A stretch of DNA of 64,000 nt from positions 26,040,001 to 26,104,000 of the forward strand of contig NC_047062.1 of NCBI RefSeq assembly GCF_902459465.1, in the 5' to 3' direction. Below the pieces are notes generated by a model, which was not told the DNA's origin, made no database searches, and was given only the letters and a program-made list of their open reading frames with translations. Below are positions 1-12,421 of the stretch, one piece after another. The position numbers and the translations under genes were made by a program. This DNA comes from Asterias rubens (Eukaryota). Positions within the stretch are counted from its first letter, which is position 1; each line of letters begins with the position of its first letter.

Positions 1-101
1 CGGGAATGGTCCCTATCCCGCGGCGCGGCACAGGTTGGGGGAGTTTTCTAATGAGGTCAGTGCTATGGGTGATGGGACTGGGACAGGTGATGGGATTAGG
101 A

Positions 102-360
102 CTAGACTTGTGGACAAGTCTTTAATGGTCCCACGCGGTGATATAGTCGAGTTGTGTCGGTGTTCTCGGGAGATCACTGCTCTCGCGCGAACTGCTGGTT
201 GTCCGACTTCTACTCCCCATTTAAATGGGACCGTGTAGTCGACGTGAGAGCAGTAGTCTTGCAGGGCCGGCAGTCTCGCAAGAATACACTGCGGGAATTG
301 CAGGGAGAGTCGGAACACTATCACCGCGACAGACATTTAAATACTTGTCCACAAGTCTAG
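102..360. mobile_element. MITE-like element with CTAGACTTGTGGACAAGT terminal inverted repeats
   Basis: Perfect inverted repeat ctagacttgtggacaagt (102-119) / acttgtccacaagtctag (343-360); flanks attagga / tttagga (6 of 7 match); a shorter relative lies at 40908-40986. Confidence 0.7.
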
Positions 361-654
361 TTTAGGACTTGAATCAAGTCTACCCACACAATCGTACCAT
401 CAACAAACACACTGAAAAAGCTCCCTACCATGGGGTCAGGGTTACCTTGTAAACTTCATTACACACTCAGCATCCAGCTAGGCACAGAAATACTCACCGT
501 AGCGCTAGGTTGAAAAGTGCTGGTTTGGCATGATATTCTGTCCTCGTGGAAATCGTGTTTCCCCAACTCCCCACCCCAACCCTCTCCATAAGGGTTTCAG
601 TGTAACACAAAAGTGCCCAATAATTGTGATCTGGGGGGGGGGGGGGTTGTTGAT

Positions 655-821
655 TAGTCTTGGTGCAAGACGTTTCTCGTCTCCCTTTCACGCACACCGC
701 GGCCAATTCACCGACAGCGCCCGCACCGACTCACCTGACTTATGAGTGGACTAAGTCAGGTGAGTCGGTTTGGTCGCGGTGTGCGTGAAAGGGAAGAGAG
801 AAACGTCTTGCACCAAGACTA
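655..821. mobile_element. Foldback MITE with 9-bp TSD (Mutator-like)
   Basis: Almost the whole 167 bp is palindromic (tagtcttggtgcaagacg...cgtcttgcaccaagacta), flanked by a perfect gttgttgat direct repeat (646-654, 822-830). Confidence 0.8.
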
Positions 822-1043
822 GTTGTTGATAGGCCCTAACAATGATTTGGTCTTATTTGCTGAGAGGGAAGTTTGGAAAAACAAACTGGTCTAGGGGTGT
901 TTTGACTTGGTGGGGGAATAACTCGAGCGGGCCCAGGGACTTCCCATTTTAAATTGAGCATAGGATTACAATTCAACAGTCAATAAATAAACAGCACTTT
1001 AAAGTAAAAAGCTGTTAGTCTTCTAATTTTGTTCGTGACTCTT

Positions 1044-1322
1044 TTAAATATGAAGACATAAGGTTAATCCAGGACCAAGGCTTGAATGAATTGGCGTGTA
1101 CTTGAGAGCTTGGGTTCTGGCATAGTGATGGTGAAATGTGGTCAAGTCTAAATAACGGGTGTTGATGTTTGTGTTACACTTTATGGCATCGCAGTCAACA
1201 AGTTCAAACAAAGATTTAATGGTAAAAACAATGACGTGCTGCTGCCTCCTGTAGCTCATCCAGTTAAGTGACTTTAAACGTTCCTCATAGGGCATGTCAC
1301 CTCGCCGTGGCGTTGAGCACAC
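1044..1322 (-). mobile_element. Degraded 3' end of a CR1/L2-type LINE ORF2
   Basis: Translation contains PYEERLKSLNWMSYRR...FTIKSLF, resembling the YEERLxxLxLxSLxxRR motif C-terminal to the RT domain of CR1/L2 LINEs. Confidence 0.55.
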
Positions 1323-2869
1323 GACTTCATCACGGCCTTAATTTTAGTGTTTTAATGTTGACTGCCTTTTCTATTTCACTAGTAATGTCATTTAATACCA
1401 TCATACTCATCTAGATCTAGTAAAACAGTTATGACCCATTCATCATTTTTATAATAGAGTAATAGTGCCCTCTGTAAGCAATTCGTGGTGGGCGGATCGC
1501 TGACATTTATTGGTCGTGGATACACAGAACAGGGACGTCTTGCACCAAGACTGCTCCCTGAATACGAGAACGGTATACTGTACGAAATGTCAAGACAACT
1601 AACTATTTTCAGAGCCAGCACTCCCCAGAAATTTTTTTACACATGATTGTATGTATCCACAAGTTGACTATTTTATATTTACTTCTTTTTCTAGGTATAA
1701 TCTTAAGTTGCCTTATGATAAACGCTGCATTTTGCTTTGTAAACAAATTTTTGTCCTGTTCTTAAAATCTGCATACATTAATTATCATGATTAAACCTAA
1801 TTTAAATACTTAAAATATAAATACATAAAACTTGTTTATTTTGTATGAAAATGTATTTGTTGTTGAAGTCCTCACAGTCACTTTTTGAATGTAAACCGTT
1901 TTACTTTACATTTTGAATCTTTTATCTGATTTTACTGAGTATATATTCACGGTTCACGTTTTGATTAATGATTGAAATCGAGTAACATTATTATTACATT
2001 GTATTCCTATTATTAATAATTGAGCCGTCCATGCACAGGTCCTTTAGTAAGTCTTCAGCCCACAGTTAGGGTTTGGCGCTCTATGCTCCATTCACGGTAT
2101 CTATATAGAAAGAGAATAGATACGAGATTGTAATCATAATAGCATGCTACTGCAGGCTGCGTGGTACAAGAGGTTGATGTTAAACCAGTTTTGCTTTTTA
2201 TAACAAGAATTTACAAGTGGTAGACAAAAATATATTCTAGCTTTTGATATAAAGCTTCATGTCCTTTTCAAACAAGCAATAGTGAGGTATTCCGTGCACG
2301 ATGTGTGTGTTAAAACAAATGCCATTTGGGGGCATGTGTTTTACTGCCCCCACGTACTCCCCGCCTTTTTAAGACAAGAGTACAACAAAGATGGTTTAGA
2401 AATAATTTCATGTAGCCAAGAAAAATTCATAGAATTAGAAACAGCAACAGTAAACTAATTGACAGACGAGAAACCATTTTGAACACACACCAAGTCATTA
2501 TAGTTGCGCTCAGTTAAGAAGTTCACATATTTATTTAGAATAGGCTATTTTTATCATCGAAACGGATTTGAAAGTTCCGATATGTTCTGGTTGTTTTCGA
2601 CAATGTTTCTTTCCTGGCTCTTTTCACCAATAATTTTTATTGCACGGACCTTTTCGAATGCGAATGCGAAGCGAGTTTTGGCAACGCAATAATCGGTACG
2701 CGCTCATTTAAATTTTTGTTGCAAGGAAATTCGCTTCGCACGAAGCATTGGCAGGAAATATATTCAGGGCTTATATTCCTACATTATAATTACTATTTTA
2801 ACAGATAGTTAAGAGCGGACCTTCGGATATTATTGATTTGTTACTCCTACATTATAATTACCTGAGCAT

Positions 2870-5800
2870 CTACTGCAAGCCATCCTCAGAGTGGTAAATG
2901 TCTCGCCAACCTGGGATAAAAAAGAATATTCCCTTAAACATGATACATTTCAAATTCTTCACCTTTTAAACAAACTTTCAGTTTCCCTTGTGGTGTTTTT
3001 AATATCTAGTTAAAACTAGATGTTAAGAACCGAAGTATGTGTCCAAACAACCGAAATACAAATTTGGGTCCAATACAAAATACCAATTGCCAGTTCAGCC
3101 TGACTACAGAATTTAGTCAGGCCTCTAGGATCAATTAATACTGGCCCGGAGATTTTCTAGAATGTAGTTCAATCACTCACAGTAAGAGTGGAACGTCAAA
3201 TTTGATTTCAATTTGCAATCTGAATCAATTGACTAGACTAGTTGTCTTTACGGATGATTTGAAGCTATATTGTGTGGATTATAGTAAATAATACAATTCG
3301 GACTGGGTTAGAATTTAGGGTAATGAAAATAGGAAATGTGCAGTAATGATAACCTACTAAATTAGAGATCTTATGAAATTTAAATCCCCGAGGACAAATT
3401 ACGATAGTTGAGAATTGCTCAAGTATGATAAAGTGCGCCACCAAGAGTTTGCAAAGGAAATGTCAACTTTAAAGTGTAAAGTCCCCGGCCGTCATAAAAT
3501 GGTTTCATCATTTCTTAATACATCTGATTTTCTTAGTACATGAACGTGAAACGATAAAGGGATATTTATATCTCAGAACCATTACGCAAATTCACACAAG
3601 CTTACTTTGGGCAGCGGAGACCGATAATCTTTGCTAGGGTTAATAAAAAGGTCGCGTTCTTCAATCACGTTGAAATTGAGTACACGTTTGTGGAGCTCCC
3701 TTTGAATACTTTAAAAATGTAAGCCTGGTATCGGCGGTTTGCAAATTTTATGAGTTTCCTTTTCATAAGACGATACGTACCTTTAGCACAGATTACTCCA
3801 GCAGTTTCTGTGTTTGTGCACTTGGGTTTATCCCAGCAATGCGATGGACAGTCGGTGATTTTGGCCTCGGAGCCGTCACAGATAACCCCATCCATAAGGT
3901 TAGGATTACTGCCTTGACCGAAGAAAGCACCCACCTCAGCATGCGTGGCACCAGAATAACCCAGCTGTCTGCAGGCGACCCCAGCATCAGTCAAGTCCCA
4001 CTCATTGTCGCAGATGGCGCCCCATGTACCATCCACATTGATCTCCACTCTTCCACTTCCCCTGGCCGGTCCATCCACAAGCCTCACATCATCTGATTGT
4101 TTATAAAGATGAGAGTTGAACTCGCTATATTGTTGCCAAATCTAAAGAGTTTCAAGTGAGTGTCAATTTGACCCCTTGTTTTGAAATTGATTGCATCGTG
4201 ACAATTATTTAGTGATTTAGAATTTATATTCGTGAGGCTTAATTTTGTTTTGAAAAGAAGAGGAGATAATAGGAATATTGTGTTGTTAAGGAAGAAAGTT
4301 GAAGGAATGAGGCTCACAAAACCATCTAACGATTTAAACGTTTATAAAATATGTGTTTTATGGGCAACTATTTTTATTTTCTCCAACCAAATATTTGAGA
4401 AGCCCAAGTTGCAATAATATCGAGACGGGATTTAGTATTATATTCGTGAGGCATAAAGGAAGACGTTGCCTTGGGTCGGTCGAATTGGTCTTTGAAAAGC
4501 GTTCTGTAACCGTTTGTTATAAAATGCATATAGGTAGAAAGATGTTGTAATAGTAGAATGCAATGATCTACACACAAAATAGGCCGCGAAATTGCGTGGT
4601 TTTCTTTTTACCTCGTCGAACAACACGGTCGGCCATTTATGGGAGTCACATTTTTGACTCCCAAAAATGGCCGACCGTGTTAGTTCGCGACGTAAAAGGA
4701 AAATCGTGCAATTTTTGAGTGATACTTGTGTAGATCATTATATTCTACTTGTAAAACATATTTCTAACCATAATTGCATATCATAAGAAACGGTTTCAAA
4801 CGCTTTTTATAGACCAACTCGTCCGATCCAAGGCAACGTGTTCCTTTAATTTTGTTTTGAAAAGATAAGAGGAATATTGTGTATCTTCCTTATAAGACAG
4901 AAAGATGTAGGAATAAGGCTCAGAAAACCATCCGACGATTTAACGTTGTAGTGTTTTATTGGAAACAATGTTTTTCTCCAACCAAGTTTCTCTTTGAGAA
5001 ATATAAGCGTCAACTCATCCGTCGCGTTATCAAATATTGCTATTATTGATATTTCTTAGGCTTCGATAAAGGTATTGATTTTATAAATGCAACATTAGCT
5101 TTTATTCTTGTTTAGTAAAACTATATTTGGGTGTGGTCCCTGGCTACACGGCAGTTAAAGGCAGTGGACACTATTGGTAATAACTCAAAATAATTATTGG
5201 CATAAAACCTTACTTGGTGACGAGTAATAACTTGGGAGAGGTTGATGGTATAAAACATTGTGAGAAACGGCTCCCTCTGAAGTGCCATAGTTTTAGAGAA
5301 AGACGTAATTTTCCACGAACTTGATTTCGAGACCTCAGATTTAGAACTTGAGGTCTTGAAATCAACCATCTCAACGCACACAACTTTGTGTGACAAGGGT
5401 GTTTTTTTCTTTCATTATTATCTCGCAAGTTCGATGACCGATTGAGCTCAAATTTTCACAGGTTTGTTATTTTATGCTTTTGTTGAGATACACCAACTGT
5501 GAAGGCTAGTCTTTGAAATGTACCAATAGTGTCCACTGCCTTTAACGTTTGTAAGGCTTCTGACTGGCACCCGAACAAAGCTATAAAACATAGGGCTAGA
5601 TAGCTCAGTTGGTAGAGCGCCGGCACGTTAATCCAAAGGTCGTTGGTTCGAATCACACTCTAGTAAATTCTTTGTTCAACCCCAAAAATCATTTCGAAAA
5701 TTTGTAACCGTTATTTTTTTTTGTCTGAGATAACTGAAGGTTTCCTTAAAAGCTTCAAGCCAGCAGTCCCATGACCATCGACTAACAGATAAAACACAAT

Positions 5801-6134
5801 AACAAAAGCAACAAATATTTCTTACTTGGTTTGCAGATTACTCCAGCAGTGCTGGTGCATGGATTATTTTCCCTGCAAAGAAAAGAGCACCTGGAAAGAT
5901 ATGGCTCTGTCCCTTTACAAGCAACTCGATCCATTACAATAGGAAGTTCTGTCGCTCCATAAAATGATCCTTTCTTTGCCTCACTTGCCTCTAGGAAACC
6001 AAGCTGCCTGCATACAGTAGTCGCATCTTGTATGTCCCAGTTTGTATCACATACCGCACCCCAAGCACCGTCATGGTAAATCTCGACTCGACCTCCAAGT
6101 ACGTCATCACCTCCAGCTAGCCGGATGATACCAT
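2870..6134 (-). CDS. Tandem SRCR-domain protein, copy 1 (3' part; exons 6134-5826, 4092-3781, probable terminal exon 2910-2870; 5' exon(s) not resolved)
   Basis: Two phase 1-1 exons of 309 and 312 nt with canonical AG/GT ends encode SRCR domains (IRLAGG..GRVEIYHDGAWGAVCD..W...VCRQLG..AGVIC; VRLVDG..GRVEINVDGTWGAICDNEW..CRQLG..AGVIC). A short in-phase exon GWRDIYHSEDGLQ* is conserved in copy 2. Confidence 0.85.
4457..4845. mobile_element. Palindromic MITE (AGGAACACGTTGCCTTGG-type ends, TTAA-type flanks; Kolobok-like); second copy at 59443-59813
   Basis: Long imperfect TIRs and a central palindrome cggccatttatgggagtca..tgactcccaaaaatggccg; the two copies sit at different positions in the two SRCR paralogs. 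Confidence 0.7.
5159..5541. mobile_element. High-copy ~380-bp MITE family (AGGCAGTGGACACTATTGGTA TIR, TTAA flanks)
   Basis: ttaa|aggcagtggacactattggta...taccaatagtgtccactgcct|ttaa; further full or partial copies at about 22145-22505, 27173-27533, 31342-31732, 50494-50855, 55474-55800, 58228-58510 and 61124-61247. Confidence 0.85.
5593..5683 (+). mobile_element. tRNA-derived SINE head (second copy at about 47497-47585)
   Basis: A-box tagctcagttggtagagc and B-box ggttcgaatc, no intact cloverleaf, and a non-tRNA tail (ctagtaaat...caacccc) shared by both copies. Confidence 0.7.
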
Positions 6135-8119
6135 CTTCAATTAAACAGTACAATGTTTGTATTAATACGCCTAGGAAAGTATTTTTTGCCCTTGTTGTCT
6201 TGTATGTCTGTCTGTGTGTTTGTGTGTCTGTCTGTCTGTATGTCTGTCGGTCATGCTGTCTGTCTGTCGGTCATGCTGTCTGTCGGGCTGGCGGTCGGTC
6301 TGACCGATCTGACATTACAATATTAGAGATTGAGTGGTGACATTTTTAGGTACACAATACCGCTTTACTAAACAAGCACGGGTTTTCTGTAAGCAGATTA
6401 TCTGAATAAGAAAATAAATCAAAACTATGTTATTTGTTAAAGCTTTTTGGAAAGATAACAGGATTTTAGAACAAAATTACCTCATCGTGATGACGTAACA
6501 AAATTAACGTTCGTAAAATATTTATATAAACAAAAGCATTGATATGTAACCCAAAATCCCACTTTTGTCATTTGTTTGCACCGTTTTTAAACGACGATTG
6601 ACACTTTTAACTGATCTAAATTAATCATAAATGAGTAGGGGAAGTACTGCGTCTAGAGCACTTAAGTACTTGTCTGTTTTTCATAAATGTTCTGTACAAT
6701 GTTTAATATAATCTTACATCTGAGAAGAGTCATGCACAATTTGTATTCGAATTAGAGACTTTTGAATTTCATCAAGTGGGGCTTGTTCTGAATAAGCAGA
6801 ATACTTTGTTTTGGTATAAATTATTTTTCTGGCCAGTGAAAATATATACAAGGTCGGCCCAATGTGTATAGGGGTTGCGAACAAGCTTTTAACGTGGGGT
6901 CCAGTGGAGTGGGTGGCATAGAAAAGCTCTCCTTGCTATAATATTTACATAACTTTTTATGAAACTTAGACATGGTTCACATCCCGTATTAGGCTGTTTG
7001 ATTTTGTCATAAAACCCAGTGAGGATTCTCTGTTTGTGTTTCTATAAATCGTACATGTTTTGATATCAACATGTACTAGAAAATAACTTCAGCTATTAAC
7101 ATTCATTCTGTAGATTCATTCACAATGACCCACTGTCATCCGAGTGTTAAGACACTTGTGATTATCAGCTTTTTACTTTTTCAATAATATGATAATTATA
7201 TCCATCAATACTTCATCGATGTAATTATTAGACTCGTTGAGATACGGCGGCCACTTCAGGAGTGCAATGTTTGGTTTGAGCGTAGACAAACACATTTACC
7301 GAAACCAAAAAGTGTCTCAATGTGTCCACTAAACATCAAATAGACTTATTGATGTCTCGGTTTACCTTGTTTACCATAAGGGAGAGGACAAACGTTGCTA
7401 AGCCATAAATGTGACAATGGGAGACTTATTCAACTGCCATTGAGAGCACTATAACAATTTGATATACATAAAAATTCGGCGATAATGTAATTTGACTCCC
7501 TCGGTCGTTCCCCCAATTCTCCATTTCTTAGACAGTTCTTTGCTTTGTATTTTCCCATTGCAAAGTTAATTTGATGTCTGTACACAATTAGACCTGGTTT
7601 TTATTTTGTAATACGAATTTAATTTGTTGAGACAATAAAGTTCCAGTTGAAATGTCAAAAAGATTTCTTCTTTTTTGGTTTTTATTAGTTTCTTTACATT
7701 ATTCCCTTCTCCCCTTATGCTTTGTTGTCTGCTCCTCAAATACAAACAAATTCATATTTGAATAACTATTTCACTCAGTTACGTTTGCTTAAAACATAAT
7801 TCTGAAAGTTTGAACGTCACCTCGGCATCCAAGAACTTCAAAGGTAAAATGAGGAACAGAACTAATCCAAGTGAGTGTCATTATTCGAAGGAATCTGGTC
7901 CTCAATATCTCAGGAAGGGTGACAGTTACTCGTTCACCACCATTCACATTCCCGTTAAACTAAAACAGAAATCAAAGAGAAATAACTTGAGGCTCTTCTT
8001 GTGAGCAGCATAGTCATTAAATTTAATTCATATTATTCCGATCTAAGGATAATTGATGACTCTTGTGGGAACTTACAAAGCTCTTTTCACAGGAAAAATC
8101 CCGGGAACTTTTGGTCGAT

Positions 8120-8353
8120 CTTTTCACACTACAAAAAAAAAAAACTCCCGGGAATTTCCCGGGTAATAACTTATGCCCGGGAAATAAATAACCCTGCTCA
8201 GGGGTAGGGTTAAGGAATTTAACCCCGGAAATAGTAATCCCATGAGTTACCATTAGTTGGATAGTGACACCGGTTGGGTGGCGCTGGGGTCAAAAACTCC
8301 CGGAATTTTCCAGGGAGTTTATGTTCCGGGAAATGGTTTTGTAGTGTGAAAAG
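8120..8353. mobile_element. MITE with 17-bp TIR and repeated CCCGGGAA motifs
   Basis: cttttcacactacaaaa (8120-8136) / ttttgtagtgtgaaaag (8337-8353); interior rich in (t)cccgggaa-type motifs. Confidence 0.6.
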
Positions 8354-9292
8354 GTCTGAAGTGTGACTTTTGACCTGTATACAGCTGAGGCTGCAATAAT
8401 CGACTGTAAATACATTGGGATTTTCATTCAAACATGGTTCTAAATAACATGTTGGATTAAAGGCAAGAATTATATTTGGTTTTTGAAACCGTTCGATAAA
8501 TTTCATCCTGTATTATATGACTGTATGATGGAAAATAACCCGGCGGACTCCCCTTCGGACTCGGACTCTAACTTAACACACGAGGGACTCGACTTAAACA
8601 TTGTCGTAAGGTTCAAAATGTTAATGCGCAAAAATGGGCCGGGTGTATTTAGCGATACTTGGGAAAATAAGAAAATTGCTAACTCGTATTTTCGGTCAAA
8701 CTTGAACCATTGAGCCTCATAGTTTTATCATACAAGCGGGCACATAGTGAGCATTGGACATGACTTGGATAAGTGGTTTGATGCATGTTACTTAGGGTAT
8801 TTGAAATTTTTGCCAGCTAAGAAGATTGGTTTGAAATAGTTTGATTTAGAAGTTATAGTTGTAAATTTTGTATTTTTAGATCAACACCATAATGCGTTTG
8901 TTCGTATTTGTCATGGAATATAGGTTTTTTTCGGCGACGTTACTTTAATTAGTCGCCGATACCGCGATACGAATTACGGAGAAGAGATATCAGTATAAAA
9001 CTAGATATAGTGTTTGTACAAACAAACACTAGGTGTTCGGCTATTGTTGGGTCAGTGTTTGAATAAATGAAACAAGTATTGTTAATAGCTCGTCAAATTA
9101 CAAAGAAATCAAAACCAAACAGTTTTCTCGATGTGTAATAATTTATAGAAAAAGCATCAAAAAGTTTACATTTCAACCTAAAAGCCTTTAAATACTGCCT
9201 TTTCAAAGCATTTTACAGGCTCTTCCAGTTTAAAAAGGTCAAAAAGTCAAGAAAAGGTCACCAACACACCCATTTTTGTGGAATACGTGAGG

Positions 9293-10595
9293 CCCTTTCA
9301 TATGATGTATAGATTGTCAAAATAGCTTTTGTGGTTGAGGAAACGTGAACTGATGAATAATGGCGACTGGAGAAGAGACTAACTAACCGGAAGGGAAATG
9401 TTTGTTGAAAACGCCTTGAAAACAGACTACGTACGTAAAGCCCTTTCATATGATGTAGATTGTCAAAATAGCTTTTGTGGTTGAGGGCATAGGAACTTAT
9501 GCATGATGACGACTGGAGAAGAGACTAACTGGAAGGGAAATGTTTGTTGAAAACGCCTTGAAAACAGACTACGTACGTAAAGCCCTTTCATATGATGTAT
9601 AGATTGTCAAAATAGCTTTTGTGGTTGAGGACATAGGAACTTATGCATAATGACGACTGGAGAAGAGACTAACTAACCGAATAGGAAATGTTTGTTGAAA
9701 ACATCTGAAAACAGACTACGTACGTAAAGCCCTTTCATATGATGTATAGATTGTCAAAATAGCTTTTGTGGTTGAGGACATAGGAACTTATGCATAATGA
9801 CGACTGGAGAAGAGACTAACTAACCGAATAGGAAATGTTTGTTGAAAACATCTGAAAACAGACTACGTACGTAAAGCCCTTTCATATGATGTATAGATTG
9901 TCAAAATAGCTTGTGTGGTTGAGGACATAGGAACTTATGCATAATGACGACTGGAGAAGAGACTAACTAACCGAAAGGGAAATGTTTGTTGAAAACACCT
10001 TGAAAACAGACTACGTACGTAAAGCCCTTTCATATGATGTATAGATTGTCAAAATAGCTTGTGTGGTTGAGGATATGGGAGCTTATGCATAATGACGACT
10101 GGAGAAGAACCTAACTAGGAGGAAAATCTTTGTTGAAAACGCCTTGAAAACAGACTACGTACGTAAAGCCCTTTCATATGATGTATAGATTGTCAAAATA
10201 GCTTTTGTGGTTGAGGACATAGGAACTTATGCATAATGACGACTGGAGAAGAGACTAACTAACCGAACAGGAAATGATTGTTGAAAACATCTGAAAACAG
10301 ACTACGTACGTAAAGCCCTTTCATATGATGTATAGATTGTCAAAATAGCTTGTGTGGTTGAGGACATAGGAACTTATGCATAATGACGACTGGAGAAGAG
10401 ACTAACTAACCGAAAAGGAAATGTTTGTTGAAAACACCTTGAAAACAGACTACGTACGTAAAGCCCTTTCATATGATGTATAGATTGTCAAAATAGCTTG
10501 TGTGGTTGAGGATATGGGAGCTTATGCATAATGACGACTGGAGAAGAAAATAACTAGGAGGAAAATCTTTGTTGAAAACGCCTTGAAAACAGACT
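9293..10595. repeat. ~147-bp subrepeat array in unit 1 (9 copies; 3, 3, 3 and 6 copies in units 2-5)
   Basis: ccctttcatatgatgta...gactacgtacgtaaag starts at 9293, 9441, 9583, 9730, 9877, 10025, 10169, 10316 and 10464. Confidence 0.95.
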
Positions 10596-10655
10596 AAAGC
10601 GAAGCTATTTATAGGAGAAAAAAAAATTAAATACAAAAATAAATCGTACAAATTT

Positions 10656-10749
10656 TGGTCGCCAAGTGGTCTCCCATCCAAATACTGACTGGGCTCGATT
10701 TTGCTTAACTTTAGTGACAGGTGTTATCAACGCAGTATGGTACGCAGCC
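10656..10749 (-). pseudogene. 5S rRNA-derived sequence, copy 1
   Basis: Minus strand reads ggctgcgtaccatactgcgttgataacacc-tgtcactaaagttaagcaaaatcgagcccagtcagtatttggatgggagaccacttggcgacca: 5S 5' end, box A-like AAGTTAAGC and box C TTGGATGGGAGACC, with ~12 nt missing internally and a truncated 3' end. Confidence 0.8.
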
Positions 10750-12327
10750 TAAAACGATCAACACGTGGTGCAGAGCGTGACCATGCTCATCAATGCACCG
10801 CATACTTACACGTGGTGACCGCAATGCACCGCATGCTTACACGTGGTGACAAAGTACATGTACATGTAATTGTAAAATCTTTACGCGCAATCAATGGGGG
10901 AATTTTGTAGTGCTTTATACGTGAATTTTAGATTTTTCAACATCGATTTTGAACCAGAAGACAAGATCAAAATGGGGTCATGTCTGTGAGGTGTTTACGG
11001 AGTTTTTAATGCCCTTTCCGATGATGTATTGATTGTCAAAATCCGTCATGCAGATCAAAAGTTATGATTTTTTAAAATAATACCGCATACTTACACGTGG
11101 TGACCGCAATGCACCGCATGCTTACACGTGGTGACAAAGTACATGTACATGTAATTGTAAAATCTTTACGCGCAATCAATGGGGGAATTTTGTAGTCTTT
11201 ATACATGAATTTTGAAATTTTCAACTTCTCTTTTGAGCCAGAAGACAAAATCAAAATGGGGTCATGTCTGTGAGGCGTTTACGGAGTTTTTAATGCCCTT
11301 TCAGATGATGTATTGATTGTAAAAATCCCTCATGTAGATCAAAAGTTATGATTTTTTGAAATAATAAACTTTGAGTTAGTGTATCTCGTCAACTGATGAC
11401 GTCATCGTGACGTAACAACTTTTGCATCATCTACTGGTTATTGTCTACCTGTGTGCAAAGTTTCAACTTAATGCAAGCTTCGCATCTATGTTTTTTCTTG
11501 CGGACAATCGACAGCGAGAAGAATGAGAAAAACCAAAAAAAAACTAGATATAGTGTTTGTACAAACAAACACTAGGTGTTCGGCTATTGTTGGGTCAATG
11601 TTTGAATAAATGAAACAAGTATTGTTAATATTGTCAAATTACAAAGAAATCAAAACCAAACAGTTTTCTCGATGTGTAATAATTTATAGAAAAAGCATCA
11701 AAAGTGTACATTTCAACCTAAAAGCCTTTAAATACTGCCTTTTCAAAGCATTTTACAGGCTCTTCCAGTTTAAAAAGGTCAAAAAGTCAAGAAAAGGTCA
11801 CCAACACACCCATTTTTGTGGAATACGTGAGGCCCTTTCATATGATGTATAGATTGTCAAAATAGCTTTTGTGGTTGAGGACATAGGAACTTATGCATAA
11901 TGACGACTGGAGAAGAGACTAACTAACCGAATAGGAAATGTTTGTTGAAAACATCTGAAAACAGACTACGTACGTAAAGCCCTTTCATATGATGTATAGA
12001 TTGTCAAAATAGCTTGTGTGGTTGAGGATATAGGAACTTACGCATAATGACGACTGGAGAAGAGACTAACTAACCAAAAAAAGGAAATGTTTGTAGAAAA
12101 CACCTTGAAAACAGACTACGTACGTAAAGCCCTTTCATATGATGTATAGATTGTCAAAATAGCTTGTGTGGTTGAGGATATGAGAGCTTATGCATAACGA
12201 CGACTGGAGAAGAGACTAACTAGGAGGAAAATCTTTGTTGAAAACGCCTTGAAAACAGACTAAAGCGAAGCTATTTATAGGAGAAAAAAAAATTAAAAAT
12301 TAATACAAAAATAAATCGTACAAATTT

Positions 12328-12421
12328 TGGTCGCCAAGTGGTCTCCCATCCAAATACTGACTGGGCTCGATTTTGCTTAACTTTAGTGACAGGTGTTATC
12401 AACGCAGTATGGTACGCAGAC
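12328..12421 (-). pseudogene. 5S rRNA-derived sequence, copy 2
   Basis: Same cassette as 10656-10749, in unit 2. Confidence 0.8.

Noticed and set aside
5593-5665. tRNA gene
   Set aside because: No consistent acceptor or anticodon stems, and it shares a non-tRNA tail with 47497-47585, as SINEs do.
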